Source: Candidatus Eiseniibacteriota bacterium (GTDB lineage Bacteria; Eisenbacteria; RBG-16-71-46; CAIMUX01; VGJL01). From it: a stretch of DNA of 64,000 nucleotides. The stretch covers positions 156,084-220,083 of the forward strand of contig CAWBWI010000003.1 of assembly GCA_963792585.1 (NCBI GenBank). Direction: 5' to 3'. This document shows positions 47,733 through 57,939 of the stretch, piece after piece. Numbering within the stretch: the first letter of the stretch is position 1; each line of letters starts with the position of its first letter. The notes below the pieces were generated by a model. That model saw nothing but the letters and a program-made list of their open reading frames with translations, made no database searches and was not told the origin of the DNA. Made by a program: the position numbers and the translations under genes.

Positions 47733-48497
47733 ATGATCCCCTCCGAGGAGGTTGCCGTCTACGCGCCCGACAAACTCTGGGACTACATCGACGGCGGCGC
47801 CCAGGCTTACATCGAGTACGGCGTCGCGGAGACGGCCACCGTCTCCTTCCAGAGACCCGGGGCCGGACTGCCCCGGATCACCGTCGACTTGCACCGGATG
47901 GCGGAACCAAAGGGGGCTTTTGGGCTCTTCTCCATGGAGCGGAGTGGGAGGGGAGAGGACGCGAAGGTCGGTCGCGGGTCCTCACTGGAACGAGGAATGT
48001 TGCTCTTTTGGAGCGGCGACTCCTATGTGCGTATCGTGAGTGATGCTTCCCCCGATACGACGATCGCCCTCGCGCGCGCCCTCGCCGGCATCCTTCCTGC
48101 GTCGGAGGAAGCTCTCCCGATGCTCGACCTCTTCCCCGCCGAAGGCAGGATCCCCAATAGGGACGGCTACGTGGCCGTCTCCTTCCAGGGAATCAAGCGC
48201 CTCGACGACGTCTGGACGGCGTCGTATGCGGACACCGCGGGCTCATACTTGCTCTTCCTGCGCAGGAACCGGCCGCCGATCCGGGAAGGCGACCTGCCCC
48301 CGAGGGCAAAGATCCTCGCGTCCCCCACGGTGGAAACCCCGATCCAGTTGATCGACATGGGATCGAAGGACCGCGTCCTCGTCGCCTTCTACATCAAGAA
48401 GTCGTGGTACCTGGCCGGGTTCCTGGGAGCCCGCCCGAATGACGTCCGGACGACCCGAATCGCCGCCTGGGTCGACTCCCTCCCCAAGCTCCGGTGA
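47733..48497 (+). CDS. Hypothetical protein (conserved-looking), possibly carrying an N-terminal signal peptide encoded upstream in another frame
   Basis: The ORF starts MIPSEEVAVYAPDKLWDYIDGGAQAYIEYG... An ATG at 47641 with a GGAGG SD encodes MTIWTYLAAALLAAAAG..., which reads as a signal peptide in the -1 frame and would join at the GGGG run 47689-47692. Confidence 0.5.
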   Translation: MIPSEEVAVYAPDKLWDYIDGGAQAYIEYGVAETATVSFQRPGAGLPRITVDLHRMAEPKGAFGLFSMERSGRGEDAKVGRGSSLERGMLLFWSGDSYVRIVSDASPDTTIALARALAGILPASEEALPMLDLFPAEGRIPNRDGYVAVSFQGIKRLDDVWTASYADTAGSYLLFLRRNRPPIREGDLPPRAKILASPTVETPIQLIDMGSKDRVLVAFYIKKSWYLAGFLGARPNDVRTTRIAAWVDSLPKLR

Positions 48498-49039
48498 GGG
48501 CGCGCCGTCTGAATCTCGCCGGCGGGGTACGCACCGGCGCATCGCGCGTGGGTTACCGGATCCGCACGGAGACGAAGCGACGCATCTGGCTCCTCCCGCT
48601 CCTGGGACTCATCCCGGCCTTCCTGCTGGCCATCTACTCGATGACCGAGCCGTGGGCGAGGGCACGGGTGGTCGGTTTCTGGGGCGTATCCAAGAGCCCC
48701 GACGCCATCCTGCTCCTCGCCGTCTGCCTCGCCGGGATGGTCGCAGCGAGTGTGGCCGTCGCCGCGCGGGGACGGCGGGATCGGCTGGCCGGCAACGTCC
48801 ACCTCGTGACCGGTGCCTTGATGGGTGTGGTCGCCTATGCGGCCTACTCGATGGTCCGGCACGCCGGAATCAAGTTGCTCTTCATCCCGATCGCCTCCGT
48901 CCACCCGGGTCGGGGGCTCCGGCACTTCGTCTACTCCGCGGGACTCGTCCTTCTCCTTGGGGTGGTCGAGCTGATCGTCGCGGCGAAGCGGATACGCGGC
49001 TCCCGAGGTCTTGAAGGCGAGGCGACGCAGGGCGGATAA
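48494..49039 (+). CDS. Hypothetical small membrane protein (about 4 TM helices)
   Basis: The GTG start overlaps the previous stop (GTGA). Hydrophobic segments are present (IWLLPLLGLIPAFLLAIY, ILLLAVCLAGMVAASVAVA, ...). Confidence 0.45.
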   Translation: MRARRLNLAGGVRTGASRVGYRIRTETKRRIWLLPLLGLIPAFLLAIYSMTEPWARARVVGFWGVSKSPDAILLLAVCLAGMVAASVAVAARGRRDRLAGNVHLVTGALMGVVAYAAYSMVRHAGIKLLFIPIASVHPGRGLRHFVYSAGLVLLLGVVELIVAAKRIRGSRGLEGEATQGG

Positions 49040-49071
49040 TCGCAGGGGTCGATCAACCGCAGGAGGATCGT

Positions 49072-50187
49072 ATGCCGAGGGGACCACAGGCGCCCGATTA
49101 CGTCCGCAACCTCGCCGTCTACGTGCCCGGAAGGCCGATCGAGGTCGTTCGCCGGGACCTGGGCATCACCGACGAGATCGTCAAGCTCGCATCGAACGAA
49201 AACCCGCTCGGCGCCTCCCCAAAGGCACTGAACGCAATCCGCGAGGCGGTGTCCGATCTGAACCGGTATCCAGACGGCGGCGGTTTCTATCTTCGGCACG
49301 CCCTTGCCGATCGGTACGACCTGTCGATGGAGCAAGTGATCCTGGGCAACGGTTCCACGGAAGTGATCGAGATGCTCACCCGCGCCTACCTGGCGGATGG
49401 GGACGAGGCGATCTTTTCGCAGCAGTCCTTCGTGATGTACCCGATCGCCATCGCCTCGGTCAACGGCAAGGGCATCGGCATTCCGGCCACGTCCGACCGG
49501 CGGCACGACGTCGACGCGATCGCGCGCGCGGCGAGCCCGGCGACGAAACTCATCTTCATCGCGAACCCTTCCAATCCGACCGGGACCTATATCAGTCGCA
49601 GCGAGATGGACTCCCTCCTCGCTCACGTTCCCGACACCACCCTCGTCATCGTCGATCAGGCGTATCAGGAGTATGTCGAAGCGACCGACTACCCCGACGC
49701 TCTCGATGACCTGCGCGGGGGACGCGACAACGTCGTCATTTTGAGGACATTCTCGAAGATCTACGGGTTGGCCGGCATTCGAATCGGCTACGCCTTCGGC
49801 AACGAGGACGTGATCACCACGTTGAATCGATGCCGCTCCCCATTCAACACCGGTTCCCTCGCGCAGGCGGCAGGTCTCGCGGCACTCGAGGACGCGGAGT
49901 GGGGAAACCGCTGCCGGAGCGAGAACGCGAGGGAGCGCGCGTTTCTCGAGTCCGAGTTGAAGCGGCGCGGGATCCGCTACACGCCATCCGTCACGAACTT
50001 CGTGCTGGCCGAGTTCGACGGCAACGTCCCCGACCTGATCGCGCAGTTCGAGAAACGCGGCGTGATCATCCGTCCCGTGGGCGGGCCCGGCCTCGCGGGC
50101 TGCGCCCGGATCAGCGTGGGGACCCGCGCGGAGAACGAGCGGTTCCTCGTCGCGCTCGACCTTTTGATGGGGCCGAAACGCGCGTAG
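49072..50187 (+). CDS. hisC: Histidinol-phosphate aminotransferase
   Basis: LASNENPLG, PLP-Lys context FSKIYGLAGIRIGY, 371 aa. AGGAGG SD. Confidence 0.9.
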   Translation: MPRGPQAPDYVRNLAVYVPGRPIEVVRRDLGITDEIVKLASNENPLGASPKALNAIREAVSDLNRYPDGGGFYLRHALADRYDLSMEQVILGNGSTEVIEMLTRAYLADGDEAIFSQQSFVMYPIAIASVNGKGIGIPATSDRRHDVDAIARAASPATKLIFIANPSNPTGTYISRSEMDSLLAHVPDTTLVIVDQAYQEYVEATDYPDALDDLRGGRDNVVILRTFSKIYGLAGIRIGYAFGNEDVITTLNRCRSPFNTGSLAQAAGLAALEDAEWGNRCRSENARERAFLESELKRRGIRYTPSVTNFVLAEFDGNVPDLIAQFEKRGVIIRPVGGPGLAGCARISVGTRAENERFLVALDLLMGPKRA

Positions 50188-50200
50188 GGCAGGAGTCGCC

Positions 50201-51247
50201 GTGAGCTTCGACCGTGAGAACAAGATCCGCTTGACCGCGGGGGTCGTCTCCCTCTCGGTCGGGACGGTCCTACTCCTCTTGAAGTTCATCGCATATCGGC
50301 TGACCGGATCCTCTGCCATCCTCTCCGATGCTCTCGAGAGCATCATCAACGTCGTCGCCGCCGCATTCGCGATCGGAAGCATCCTCTTCGCCGGTCGCCC
50401 CGCGGATCGGGGTCATCCCTACGGTCACGGAAAGATCGAGTTCTTCTCCGCGGCGTTTGAGGGAGGGCTCATATCGTTCGCGGCCGTGGCGATCATCTGG
50501 GCCTCCATCGAGGCGCTCCTCAAGGGCAGCACGGTCCACGAGATCGGCAAGGGTCTCATCATCACGGGTGGAGCGGGGGTCGTGAACGCGGTTCTCGGGC
50601 TGTTCTTGATGCGCGTGGGAAAGCGGACGAACTCCCTGATCCTGGTCGCCGACGGTCACCATGTCTTGTCGGACTTCTGGACCACCGCAGGGGTGGTGAT
50701 CGGCCTGATTTTGGTCAAGTTGACCGGTGTGTGGTGGATCGACCCGCTCGTCGCGATCGTCGTGGCGCTCAATCTCGCGCGGACCGGGTTTCACCTGGTT
50801 CGCCACGCTGCGCGGGCGCTCCTCGACGAGGAGGACAGCGATCTATTGCAGCGAATCCTCGACTCCAGTGAGCGGGTCCGCGCTCCAGGGATCATCCGGA
50901 TCCACCACCTTCGGGCGATTCGCATCGGTCGCTTCGCCCATGTCGATGCGCACCTCGTTGTCCCGGAGTTCTGGACGGTTCAGGAGGCGCACGACCACCA
51001 GGATCTATTCGAGAAGCGCCTGCTGGGGATCACATCGATCGAGGGCGAGGTGCTTTTCCACACCGACCCCTGCTGGCGGCTCTATTGCGAGGTGTGTGAT
51101 CTCGAGGCCTGCCCGGTTCGGCAGAGTGCTTTCATCCGCCGGCCCGCGCTGACGCTCGACGAAGCGACCCAGCCCGACCCGCCGCCCGGGGGACAGCTGG
51201 AGATCCCGAAGCTGCAGGCTGAGGTCGCGTCGAGCTCGGACCCCTAG
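50201..51247 (+). CDS. Cation diffusion facilitator (CDF) family transporter
   Basis: Six TM helices with conserved HxxxD pairs (LSDALESIINV, HHVLSDFWTT) and a C-terminal cytoplasmic domain. The GTG start lies 6 nt after GGCAGGAG. Confidence 0.85.
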   Translation: MSFDRENKIRLTAGVVSLSVGTVLLLLKFIAYRLTGSSAILSDALESIINVVAAAFAIGSILFAGRPADRGHPYGHGKIEFFSAAFEGGLISFAAVAIIWASIEALLKGSTVHEIGKGLIITGGAGVVNAVLGLFLMRVGKRTNSLILVADGHHVLSDFWTTAGVVIGLILVKLTGVWWIDPLVAIVVALNLARTGFHLVRHAARALLDEEDSDLLQRILDSSERVRAPGIIRIHHLRAIRIGRFAHVDAHLVVPEFWTVQEAHDHQDLFEKRLLGITSIEGEVLFHTDPCWRLYCEVCDLEACPVRQSAFIRRPALTLDEATQPDPPPGGQLEIPKLQAEVASSSDP

Positions 51248-51711
51248 ACCCTTTCCGCTCCGCGTATCGCGCAATATCGGTCGAACGCGGCGATCAGATT
51301 GCGCGCCACCTCGTGGGCGGCGTGCCCTTCGATGTCCTGACGCTGGACCATGTGAACGAGTTCGCCGTCGCAAAAGAGGGCGATCTGCGGGGACGTCGCC
51401 GGCTGCGCACCGAAGCTCTCACGAGCCCGCGCCGTCGCCTCTGTGTCAACGCCCGCGAAGACCGTCGTGACCCGATCGGGCAACCGGTCGTGGTGCAGCG
51501 CGAGCGCGAGCCCCGGACGCGCCATCCCGGCGGCGCAACCGCAGACGGAGTTCACGAAGACCAGGGTTGTCCCCGTTCGCTCGGCGAGGATGTCTTCCAC
51601 ATCCTCACGTGTCCGGAGCTCTCGCACGCCGATCCGAGTCAGCTCTTCGCGCATGGGGCGGACCATATCTTCTGGGTAGGGCACGGGGCTTCCTCCTTCG
51701 TACGTTGTCAT
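51244..51711 (-). CDS. Bacilliredoxin-like BrxA/BrxB (DUF1094, YphP/YqiW) thiol-disulfide oxidoreductase
   Basis: 155 aa with a CGC active-site motif in the context LVFVNSVCGCAAG. Confidence 0.65.
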   Translation of the reverse strand: MTTYEGGSPVPYPEDMVRPMREELTRIGVRELRTREDVEDILAERTGTTLVFVNSVCGCAAGMARPGLALALHHDRLPDRVTTVFAGVDTEATARARESFGAQPATSPQIALFCDGELVHMVQRQDIEGHAAHEVARNLIAAFDRYCAIRGAERV

Positions 51712-51912
51712 GCCGCCGGCGCGGCCGGGATCATCGAACCGAACGGGTCAGGATACAGATCGGAGGGGACGTTGGGAAGTCCCGCGCCGCGACACGCGTT
51801 GCCGTGATCGGACTCGCCGAGTCCTCCGCCATACCGCGGACAGTCTCGCGGATCGCTGACACGTCGTCGTTGATCGCGTCCCGAATGACGACTCCCGTGC
51901 CTTCGGCGGGGG

Positions 51913-52689
51913 TCATGGCCCCCCGGGCGTATCGGCGAGCAGCGTCCCGGGTTTGTAGGACTTCAGCTGTAGTTTGATGTGACCCAGGATCGAGACCTTC
52001 GATGTCATCTGAACGAGGATCCGCCGGTCGTCATCCGTGAAGTAGACCTCCGCCTCGCCTCCTTCGCGGAACAGTCCACCCGTCTTGATCACGGGCCGGA
52101 CGACGATCGTGTCGAACGTCCCCGCCGGAACCTCGATACGCTCCTTCCGATCCACCCTGAGCACAACCGGATTCCCTTCGGGTTTGAAGTAGCGGTCGAA
52201 TGTGTATGTGCTCCCGACATCGAGCGGGAGAGTGCGGACGAAGTAGAGGAACGAAACCTCGTCGAGGGGCTCGTCCGTCGTCATCTCGCCGCCGCCGGGA
52301 CCGTTCGAACGAACCCATCGCCGCTCGGCCGGGTAGAACTCGAGCACGCGATGGCGCTTGTACTTGACCTCGTGCTGCTTCTGCTCGAAGCGCCGGGTGA
52401 TCAGGCTCTCGGTGTCGAGCCATGAGCGGAAACGATCGTCCACTCTCGCGAAGAAGGTTCCCCCGGTGAGATCGAAATGAAGCTCATAGGTCGGGTGGCC
52501 GCGGATGGTGTCGATCCCAACGACCTCCATCGAGGCCCTCCCCGGACTTCCGAGAATGCTGACCGAAACCCGGTACTCCGCCCGTTCCCCGGGACCAAAG
52601 GGGACGGGCGCCGGAACCCCCGCAACCGTCCTCGGTACGGTCAGCCCAAGACCCAGAAACACCAGAACCGCCGCAATTGACCGGATCAT
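51913..52689 (-). CDS. DUF3108-like secreted protein
   Basis: Signal peptide MIRSIAAVLVFLGLGLTV. The roughly 230-aa body carries YEL.F motifs, consistent with DUF3108. Low-confidence family call. Confidence 0.45.
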   Translation of the reverse strand: MIRSIAAVLVFLGLGLTVPRTVAGVPAPVPFGPGERAEYRVSVSILGSPGRASMEVVGIDTIRGHPTYELHFDLTGGTFFARVDDRFRSWLDTESLITRRFEQKQHEVKYKRHRVLEFYPAERRWVRSNGPGGGEMTTDEPLDEVSFLYFVRTLPLDVGSTYTFDRYFKPEGNPVVLRVDRKERIEVPAGTFDTIVVRPVIKTGGLFREGGEAEVYFTDDDRRILVQMTSKVSILGHIKLQLKSYKPGTLLADTPGGP

Positions 52690-52986
52690 TCTGCGTACCT
52701 CCGAACCGACGCTCTAGGGTACACCATTCCGCCGTCCCCGTTCCCTGACGGGACGAGGAGACCGCTTGCAGGAGACCCGCCGCCGCGCGGCGACAGAGGC
52801 GAAACGGTGGGTCGAACCGGAAAGGGTATCGGACCGGTTCACGTCGCCGGTGGGTCGAGGGCGTCGGCGGTCACGGAGGCTGGGCAGACACAGCCGTCGT
52901 CCCTGCCCCCCGCGCGGCCCATTGCGTTTGCACTTCTCGGCAGAGCGACCTTTACACATGCGCTCGAAGCATTGTCAACTGGCGGA

Positions 52987-54357
52987 ATGCCGACACCGAT
53001 GGGCGAGCCGGGACGAAGCCAGCGGATCTCGATTCTCGAGGGATCCCTGGCTCAGGTCCACATCACGATCACGGGCGGATCTCTCGTGACCGCCTATGCC
53101 CTCATGCTCGGCGCGAACGACTTCCACCTCGGCCTGGTTTCCGCCTTCACCGCGCTCTCGACGATCGCCGCGATTCTCGGCGCCCAGTGGGTTGGGCTCC
53201 TTGGTCGACGAAAGCCTCTCTCCGTTGTTTGCTCGGCGGGAGGCCGGGCGCTTTGGACGATCCTCTGTCTGATCCCCTTCGTGCCGCTCTCTCATGGAAT
53301 GCGTCTGGCTCTGATGCTCACGACGATCTTCATCGGCAACTCTCTCGTGAACCTCTCCGGAACAGGTTGGCTATCGTGGATGACCGACCTCGTACCGCTC
53401 GAACGGCGCGGACGCTATTTCGGCCTGCGGAACACCGTTCTCGGAGCCGTGGCCATGGTGACGAGTTTCGGCGCTGGGTGGATGCTGGATCGTTACATCG
53501 CCGCCGGCTTACGGCCGCAGGGACTCGCGACGATATTCGGCTTCGCCGCGGTGGCTGCCCTCATCGCCGGCGTGGTTCTCACCCGACAATGGGAGCCACC
53601 GTTGCGGGGTGAGCTCCCCCTCCCGATGGTCGAGACGATCCGCCGACCGTTCGTGAACCGCCGCTTCCGGCGTCTCCTGATCTTCGCGATCCTCTGGGCG
53701 ACGGCGACCGGCGTCTCGAGCCCTTTCTTCGGGGCGCACATGATCAAGAATCTTCACATGTCGTTCTCGATGATCGCGGTCTACTCGATTCTCGCGGGAA
53801 TCCTGAATCTCTTGAGCCTGCCGATTTGGGGCAAGGTGATCGATCGGGTGGGGAATCGGCCTGTCCTTGTCTGTTGCCTCCTCGGGGTCTTCTTTCTTCC
53901 CTTGCTCTGGCTCTTCGCCACCCCAACCAACCTGCTGCCGATCTGGCTCGACGCCGCCCTGACCGGTGTCTTCTGGCCCGGGTTCACGCTGGCGTCCTTC
54001 AATCTCGTCCTGGCCACCGCGCCCGAGGAGAACCGGACCGCCTACCTCGCCGTGCAGACGATGGTCGTCGGGATCGCGACGTTTCTCGCATCGCTGCTCG
54101 GCGGAGTGGCCGCACGCGCCCTCGGCGACATCCGCCTGCAGGTCCTCGGTCTATCGTTGATCAACTTCCATCTGATCTATGTGGTATCCGCGATTCTACG
54201 GATTTCCCTCCTACCCCTCGCACTTCAGCTCCGCGAGCAGCGCGCGCAAACCGTCCGCGCCCTCCTCGGCCTCGTGGGGGACCAGGTCTCCCTGCGCTTC
54301 ACACAGGGCTGGCAGATGGGAATCTCGGTGGTCCGTCGATTCGGCGTAGGAAACTAA
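52987..54357 (+). CDS. MFS transporter
   Basis: 12 predicted TM segments with an MFS motif-A-like loop (GLLGRRKP). The start is taken at the internal ATG at 52987; the upstream in-frame extension is Arg/Gly-rich non-coding. Confidence 0.7.
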   Translation: MPTPMGEPGRSQRISILEGSLAQVHITITGGSLVTAYALMLGANDFHLGLVSAFTALSTIAAILGAQWVGLLGRRKPLSVVCSAGGRALWTILCLIPFVPLSHGMRLALMLTTIFIGNSLVNLSGTGWLSWMTDLVPLERRGRYFGLRNTVLGAVAMVTSFGAGWMLDRYIAAGLRPQGLATIFGFAAVAALIAGVVLTRQWEPPLRGELPLPMVETIRRPFVNRRFRRLLIFAILWATATGVSSPFFGAHMIKNLHMSFSMIAVYSILAGILNLLSLPIWGKVIDRVGNRPVLVCCLLGVFFLPLLWLFATPTNLLPIWLDAALTGVFWPGFTLASFNLVLATAPEENRTAYLAVQTMVVGIATFLASLLGGVAARALGDIRLQVLGLSLINFHLIYVVSAILRISLLPLALQLREQRAQTVRALLGLVGDQVSLRFTQGWQMGISVVRRFGVGN

Positions 54358-54388
54358 AGGAGGAAGCAGCTACTCGCCATTCGTCGGA

Positions 54389-55033
54389 TCACTTTCGCAG
54401 CATCTTGAAGGCGTGATTCCAGCCGCCGGTCCGCATCCCGTAGAGGACCCAAAGGATGCAGAGCGGCTCGAGGAGCCGAGAGCCCTCGATCCCTCCAAAG
54501 TCGATCGCCGGCCAGCCGAACCCATTGAGGATTTCCGTTACCGCCTTCTTCGCTGCTTCGTCATTGCCACAGATGAACATGTCCGGAGGTCCGCCCGGAA
54601 ACTGCGGATGGACCATGTGGGCGTTGCCGACAATGTTGAACGCCTTGACGACATGCGCGCCGGGGAGCCAGCGTTGTACCTGCTCGCCTCCCGAGTCGGT
54701 ATGCCCGAGCGCCAGCGCGGGCGGGGCGTTTGGGGTGAATACGAGCGGGTTCGTCGCGTCGATCACCGTCTTGCCCACGAAGTTCTTCGGCTCTGCAAGG
54801 CGGATCGCGTTTTCAGTCCCCGACCACAGGGTTGCGAGAACAATCACCTCGCCGAACGCCGCCGCCTCGGCGAAGGTCCCTCCCGACGCGCCTCGCCCGG
54901 TTTTCGAGATCCACTCCTCCACCTTCGGTCCGCGCGGCTCGCGGGAGCCGATCTTCACCTCATGACCAAGAGAGACAAGGCCGGCGCCGAGGACCCTCCC
55001 AACGTCGCCCGTACCCAGTGTTCCGACCCTCAT
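54389..55033 (-). CDS. NADP-dependent oxidoreductase, F420-dependent NADP reductase-like (Npd/FNO family Rossmann protein)
   Basis: MRVGTLGTGDVGRVLG N-terminal dinucleotide fold. AAAGAGGTGA SD. About 214 aa. Confidence 0.65.
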   Translation of the reverse strand: MRVGTLGTGDVGRVLGAGLVSLGHEVKIGSREPRGPKVEEWISKTGRGASGGTFAEAAAFGEVIVLATLWSGTENAIRLAEPKNFVGKTVIDATNPLVFTPNAPPALALGHTDSGGEQVQRWLPGAHVVKAFNIVGNAHMVHPQFPGGPPDMFICGNDEAAKKAVTEILNGFGWPAIDFGGIEGSRLLEPLCILWVLYGMRTGGWNHAFKMLRK

Positions 55034-55130
55034 GAATGTCACCTCTTTCGCATCGGTAGTCCATTGTCTATTGGAACCCACAAGGATGCATCGAGCGGCG
55101 GCGGAACTGCAACAGGATCCGAAAGCACAG

Positions 55131-55160
55131 AACGGAGGGGTGGGTTACCGCTCCTCCGTT
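55131..55160. terminator. Hairpin AACGGAGG-N14-CCTCCGTT downstream of pmbA (candidate terminator)
   Basis: Seen directly. It lies 23 nt after the pmbA stop on the minus strand and is followed by CTGTGCTTTCGG. Confidence 0.3.
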
Positions 55161-55182
55161 CGCGCGTGGACAACCCGCCCGG

Positions 55183-56505
55183 CTACAACGTGAAGGCGAA
55201 ATCGTCGATCAGGGCCCCGGGAAGACGCCAGCTCGACGTGGAGCGCTGCTCGTACGTCGTCGGGTCGAGGATCATCTCCGTCTGAGCAGTGAGACCGACG
55301 AGGTTCTCTCCGAGAACTCGGTAGAGCGTCTCGTCGAAGCGCATGACGGAAAGCGGTGCCTGGATGACGCCGTTCTCGACCCAGAGGGTCGCAAAGCGTG
55401 TCATCCCGGTGATTCTGCATGCAGGTCGGTCCGAGTAATTGAGGTACCAGAGGTTTCCGACGTAGATCCCGGTTCCCAGCCGCTCGAGAACCTTCGCGTT
55501 GGGAATGTCGCCGGGCGCCATGTCGATCGACTCGGGGGTTTCCCACTCCGACGCGCCGTTGGTCGGCACCCCATACTCCTTCGCTGACCGTGGCGAGACG
55601 AGGGGATTCAGGTACTTTCCCTTCTCGATCAGAACCACCTTCGGCGGTTTGATGAAACCCTGAGATTGGAAATCCGGAGCCACTCCGCTTGCCGTGTTCT
55701 CCGCGATCGTCACCGATTCGTGGAGCTGCTGCTTTCCCTCGATCAATCGGAGCAGGGATGTTTGCCGGGTCTTGTTGTCCTTGAGACCAAATCCACCCCA
55801 GGAAACCGTCGTCATGAGTTCCGACATCGCGGTCGGCGAGAGATAGACACGGTACTTTCCGGGCGGGACCGTTCGAGGCGGCCTCGAGAGAACGGATAGT
55901 TGCTCCGCCGCGGAGTCGACCTTCGACTTGAAGGCCGCCGCATCCCATTCGAAGCCCGCGTAACTGCTCTTCACCGCCTTGTCGGCGGCATGGTAGAAGC
56001 TCCAGTCGAGATTGAAATTGTACGTCGAGAACCAGTTCCTCTGGCCGAAGGAGTTCGCGAAGCCCGCATGGATTCCACCGGCGGCGTAGATTCCGACGAG
56101 GTCCCGCCCCTTTCCCGCTTCGAGGATGGCGCTCATCGCCGTATCCGGCGAGGGGAGTCGGTTGGGCTGCTTGCGCTCGCTGGAGTTCGGCTCCGTCGCA
56201 TAGAGCAGGTGGGGATCCTCCGGCAAGTGGGGGATCAGATTGCGAAGCCGGTCCACGAGCGCGGTCACGTTCACTCGATCGATCGCGGGGTCCCCGGTCA
56301 GCCCGATGGCTCCGCCGGCGTGGCGGGCCCCGGAGATCAAATCGATCGCGAGGTTGCGCTGCCTCACACTGCCAGGCTGGCGCATCGCGCTCTTGTTGAA
56401 ACGAACGAAATCCGATTCCTCCCCGGCGAAGACGGAGGTGAACTTCTCGTCTCCCTTGAGCTGGGACTGGACATGGTCGGCGAGCGTGTAGAAGTGCTCC
56501 TGCAT
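55183..56505 (-). CDS. pmbA: PmbA/TldE-family metallopeptidase partner (lacks HExxH)
   Basis: TldD/PmbA family fold with no HExxxH. ATG at 56505 (MQEHF) with a GGAGGGGAG SD. It starts 1 nt after the tldD stop. Confidence 0.75.
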   Translation of the reverse strand: MQEHFYTLADHVQSQLKGDEKFTSVFAGEESDFVRFNKSAMRQPGSVRQRNLAIDLISGARHAGGAIGLTGDPAIDRVNVTALVDRLRNLIPHLPEDPHLLYATEPNSSERKQPNRLPSPDTAMSAILEAGKGRDLVGIYAAGGIHAGFANSFGQRNWFSTYNFNLDWSFYHAADKAVKSSYAGFEWDAAAFKSKVDSAAEQLSVLSRPPRTVPPGKYRVYLSPTAMSELMTTVSWGGFGLKDNKTRQTSLLRLIEGKQQLHESVTIAENTASGVAPDFQSQGFIKPPKVVLIEKGKYLNPLVSPRSAKEYGVPTNGASEWETPESIDMAPGDIPNAKVLERLGTGIYVGNLWYLNYSDRPACRITGMTRFATLWVENGVIQAPLSVMRFDETLYRVLGENLVGLTAQTEMILDPTTYEQRSTSSWRLPGALIDDFAFTL

Positions 56506-56506
56506 G

Positions 56507-57939
56507 CTACTCCCCTCCGAAGACATCGACGTCGGCGAAGACGCAGGTGGGCGACGCGTGCCCGACGCGGATCACTTGATTCGGCTCCCCTTTTCCGCAG
56601 TTGGGCGTGCCCATCACCTGGAAGGTGGACGTGTTTCCCGTCATCTTCAGATTGCGCCAGAAGGTGGCGGAGATTCCCCTGTAGTTCGGATTCTTCACAA
56701 GGGTCGTGATCTTCCCGTCCTCGATCAGTCGTCCCCACTCACAGCCGAACTGGAACTTGTTCCGCGAGTCGTCGATCGACCAGGAACGGTTGGTCTTCAT
56801 GTAGACGCCATGCTTGATCGATCCGACCATCTCGTCGAACGTGGAGGTCCCGGGCTCGAGGTTGAGGTTCGCCATCCGGTCGATAGGAGGACGGTTCCAA
56901 CTCGACGCGCGCGAGTTCGCCACCCCGGGGATTCCCGAACGGGCTTGCGACGTCGAGCTACCGAGTGTGCGCAGCAGCACCCCTTCCTTGATGATGAACT
57001 CGCGCTGCGCCTTGAGTCCCTCGTCGTCGAACCCGTAGCTGGCGAATTGCTCCGGTCGCGAAGGGTCATAAGTGATGTTCAGGAGTTTCGATCCGTACTG
57101 GTAGGATCCGATCATTTCGGGCGTGACGAAGCTCGTGCCCGCGTAGTTGCGCTCATCGCCGAGGATTCGGTCCAGTTCGAGAGGGTGCCCGATCGACTCG
57201 TGGATCTGGAGGATCATCTGATCCGGTGCGAGGAGGACATCGAGCTTCCCGGACGGGCAATTCGGCGCGGTGAGGAGGGCGAGCGCGTCGGCGGCAATCT
57301 CCGGCGCCGCCGTGCGGAACCCGGTCGAGTCGAGCACCTCCATCCCACCCTGGCGGCAATAACCGCGTCCGCCGAATGTTCGGATTTGAGTCTCGGTTCC
57401 CTCGTTGGCCGTGGCGATCAGCATCGGCACCATGAGTGAGAGCGTCTGGGTGCCCTGGGCTCCGTCCGCGGTCGTATACAGGGTCTCCCAATCCGTGTGC
57501 GCAATCGCCGCCTGCCAGTCGACGATCCGATCGTCGACCTTCAGGCGCGCGCACTCATCCTTCAGAAGCGTGATCTTGTCGGCAATGGAGACGGAGTCCC
57601 AGCGCTCGCGCACCGGGCTCTCATAATGGCCGCTCGGCCGCGGGAGGGCGATCTTCGAGAAATCCGTGACCGCCCTGCCGGCGCTGCGCTCGGCCCAAGA
57701 GACGGCTTCCGTCGCGGCATGCCTCAGGCCGGCGGCGGAGAGATCCGTCGTCGCGCCGTAACCGAGCCCCCCGTTGTGGATGACGGTGACCATCGCCCCG
57801 ACATCCTCGCGGTACTGGACCGGTTGAAGAATTCCCTGCCGAACGTGAACCAACTCACCCCTCTCGCTGACGTATCGGAGGGAACAGAAATCGACCGCGG
57901 GCGCGATCTCCCGAAACCGTTGGATGATTCGGGCGTCCA
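56507..57939 (-). CDS. tldD: TldD-family zinc metallopeptidase (HExxxH-containing)
   Basis: HESIGHPLELD metal-binding motif, GxC motif CGKGEP, 477 aa if started at a CTG 6 nt after a perfect AAGGAGG. No in-frame ATG, GTG or TTG lies near the SD. Confidence 0.75.

Noticed and set aside
55900-57439. + strand ORFs of 269 and 311 aa
   Set aside because: Antisense to pmbA/tldD, which carry HExxxH and family motifs.
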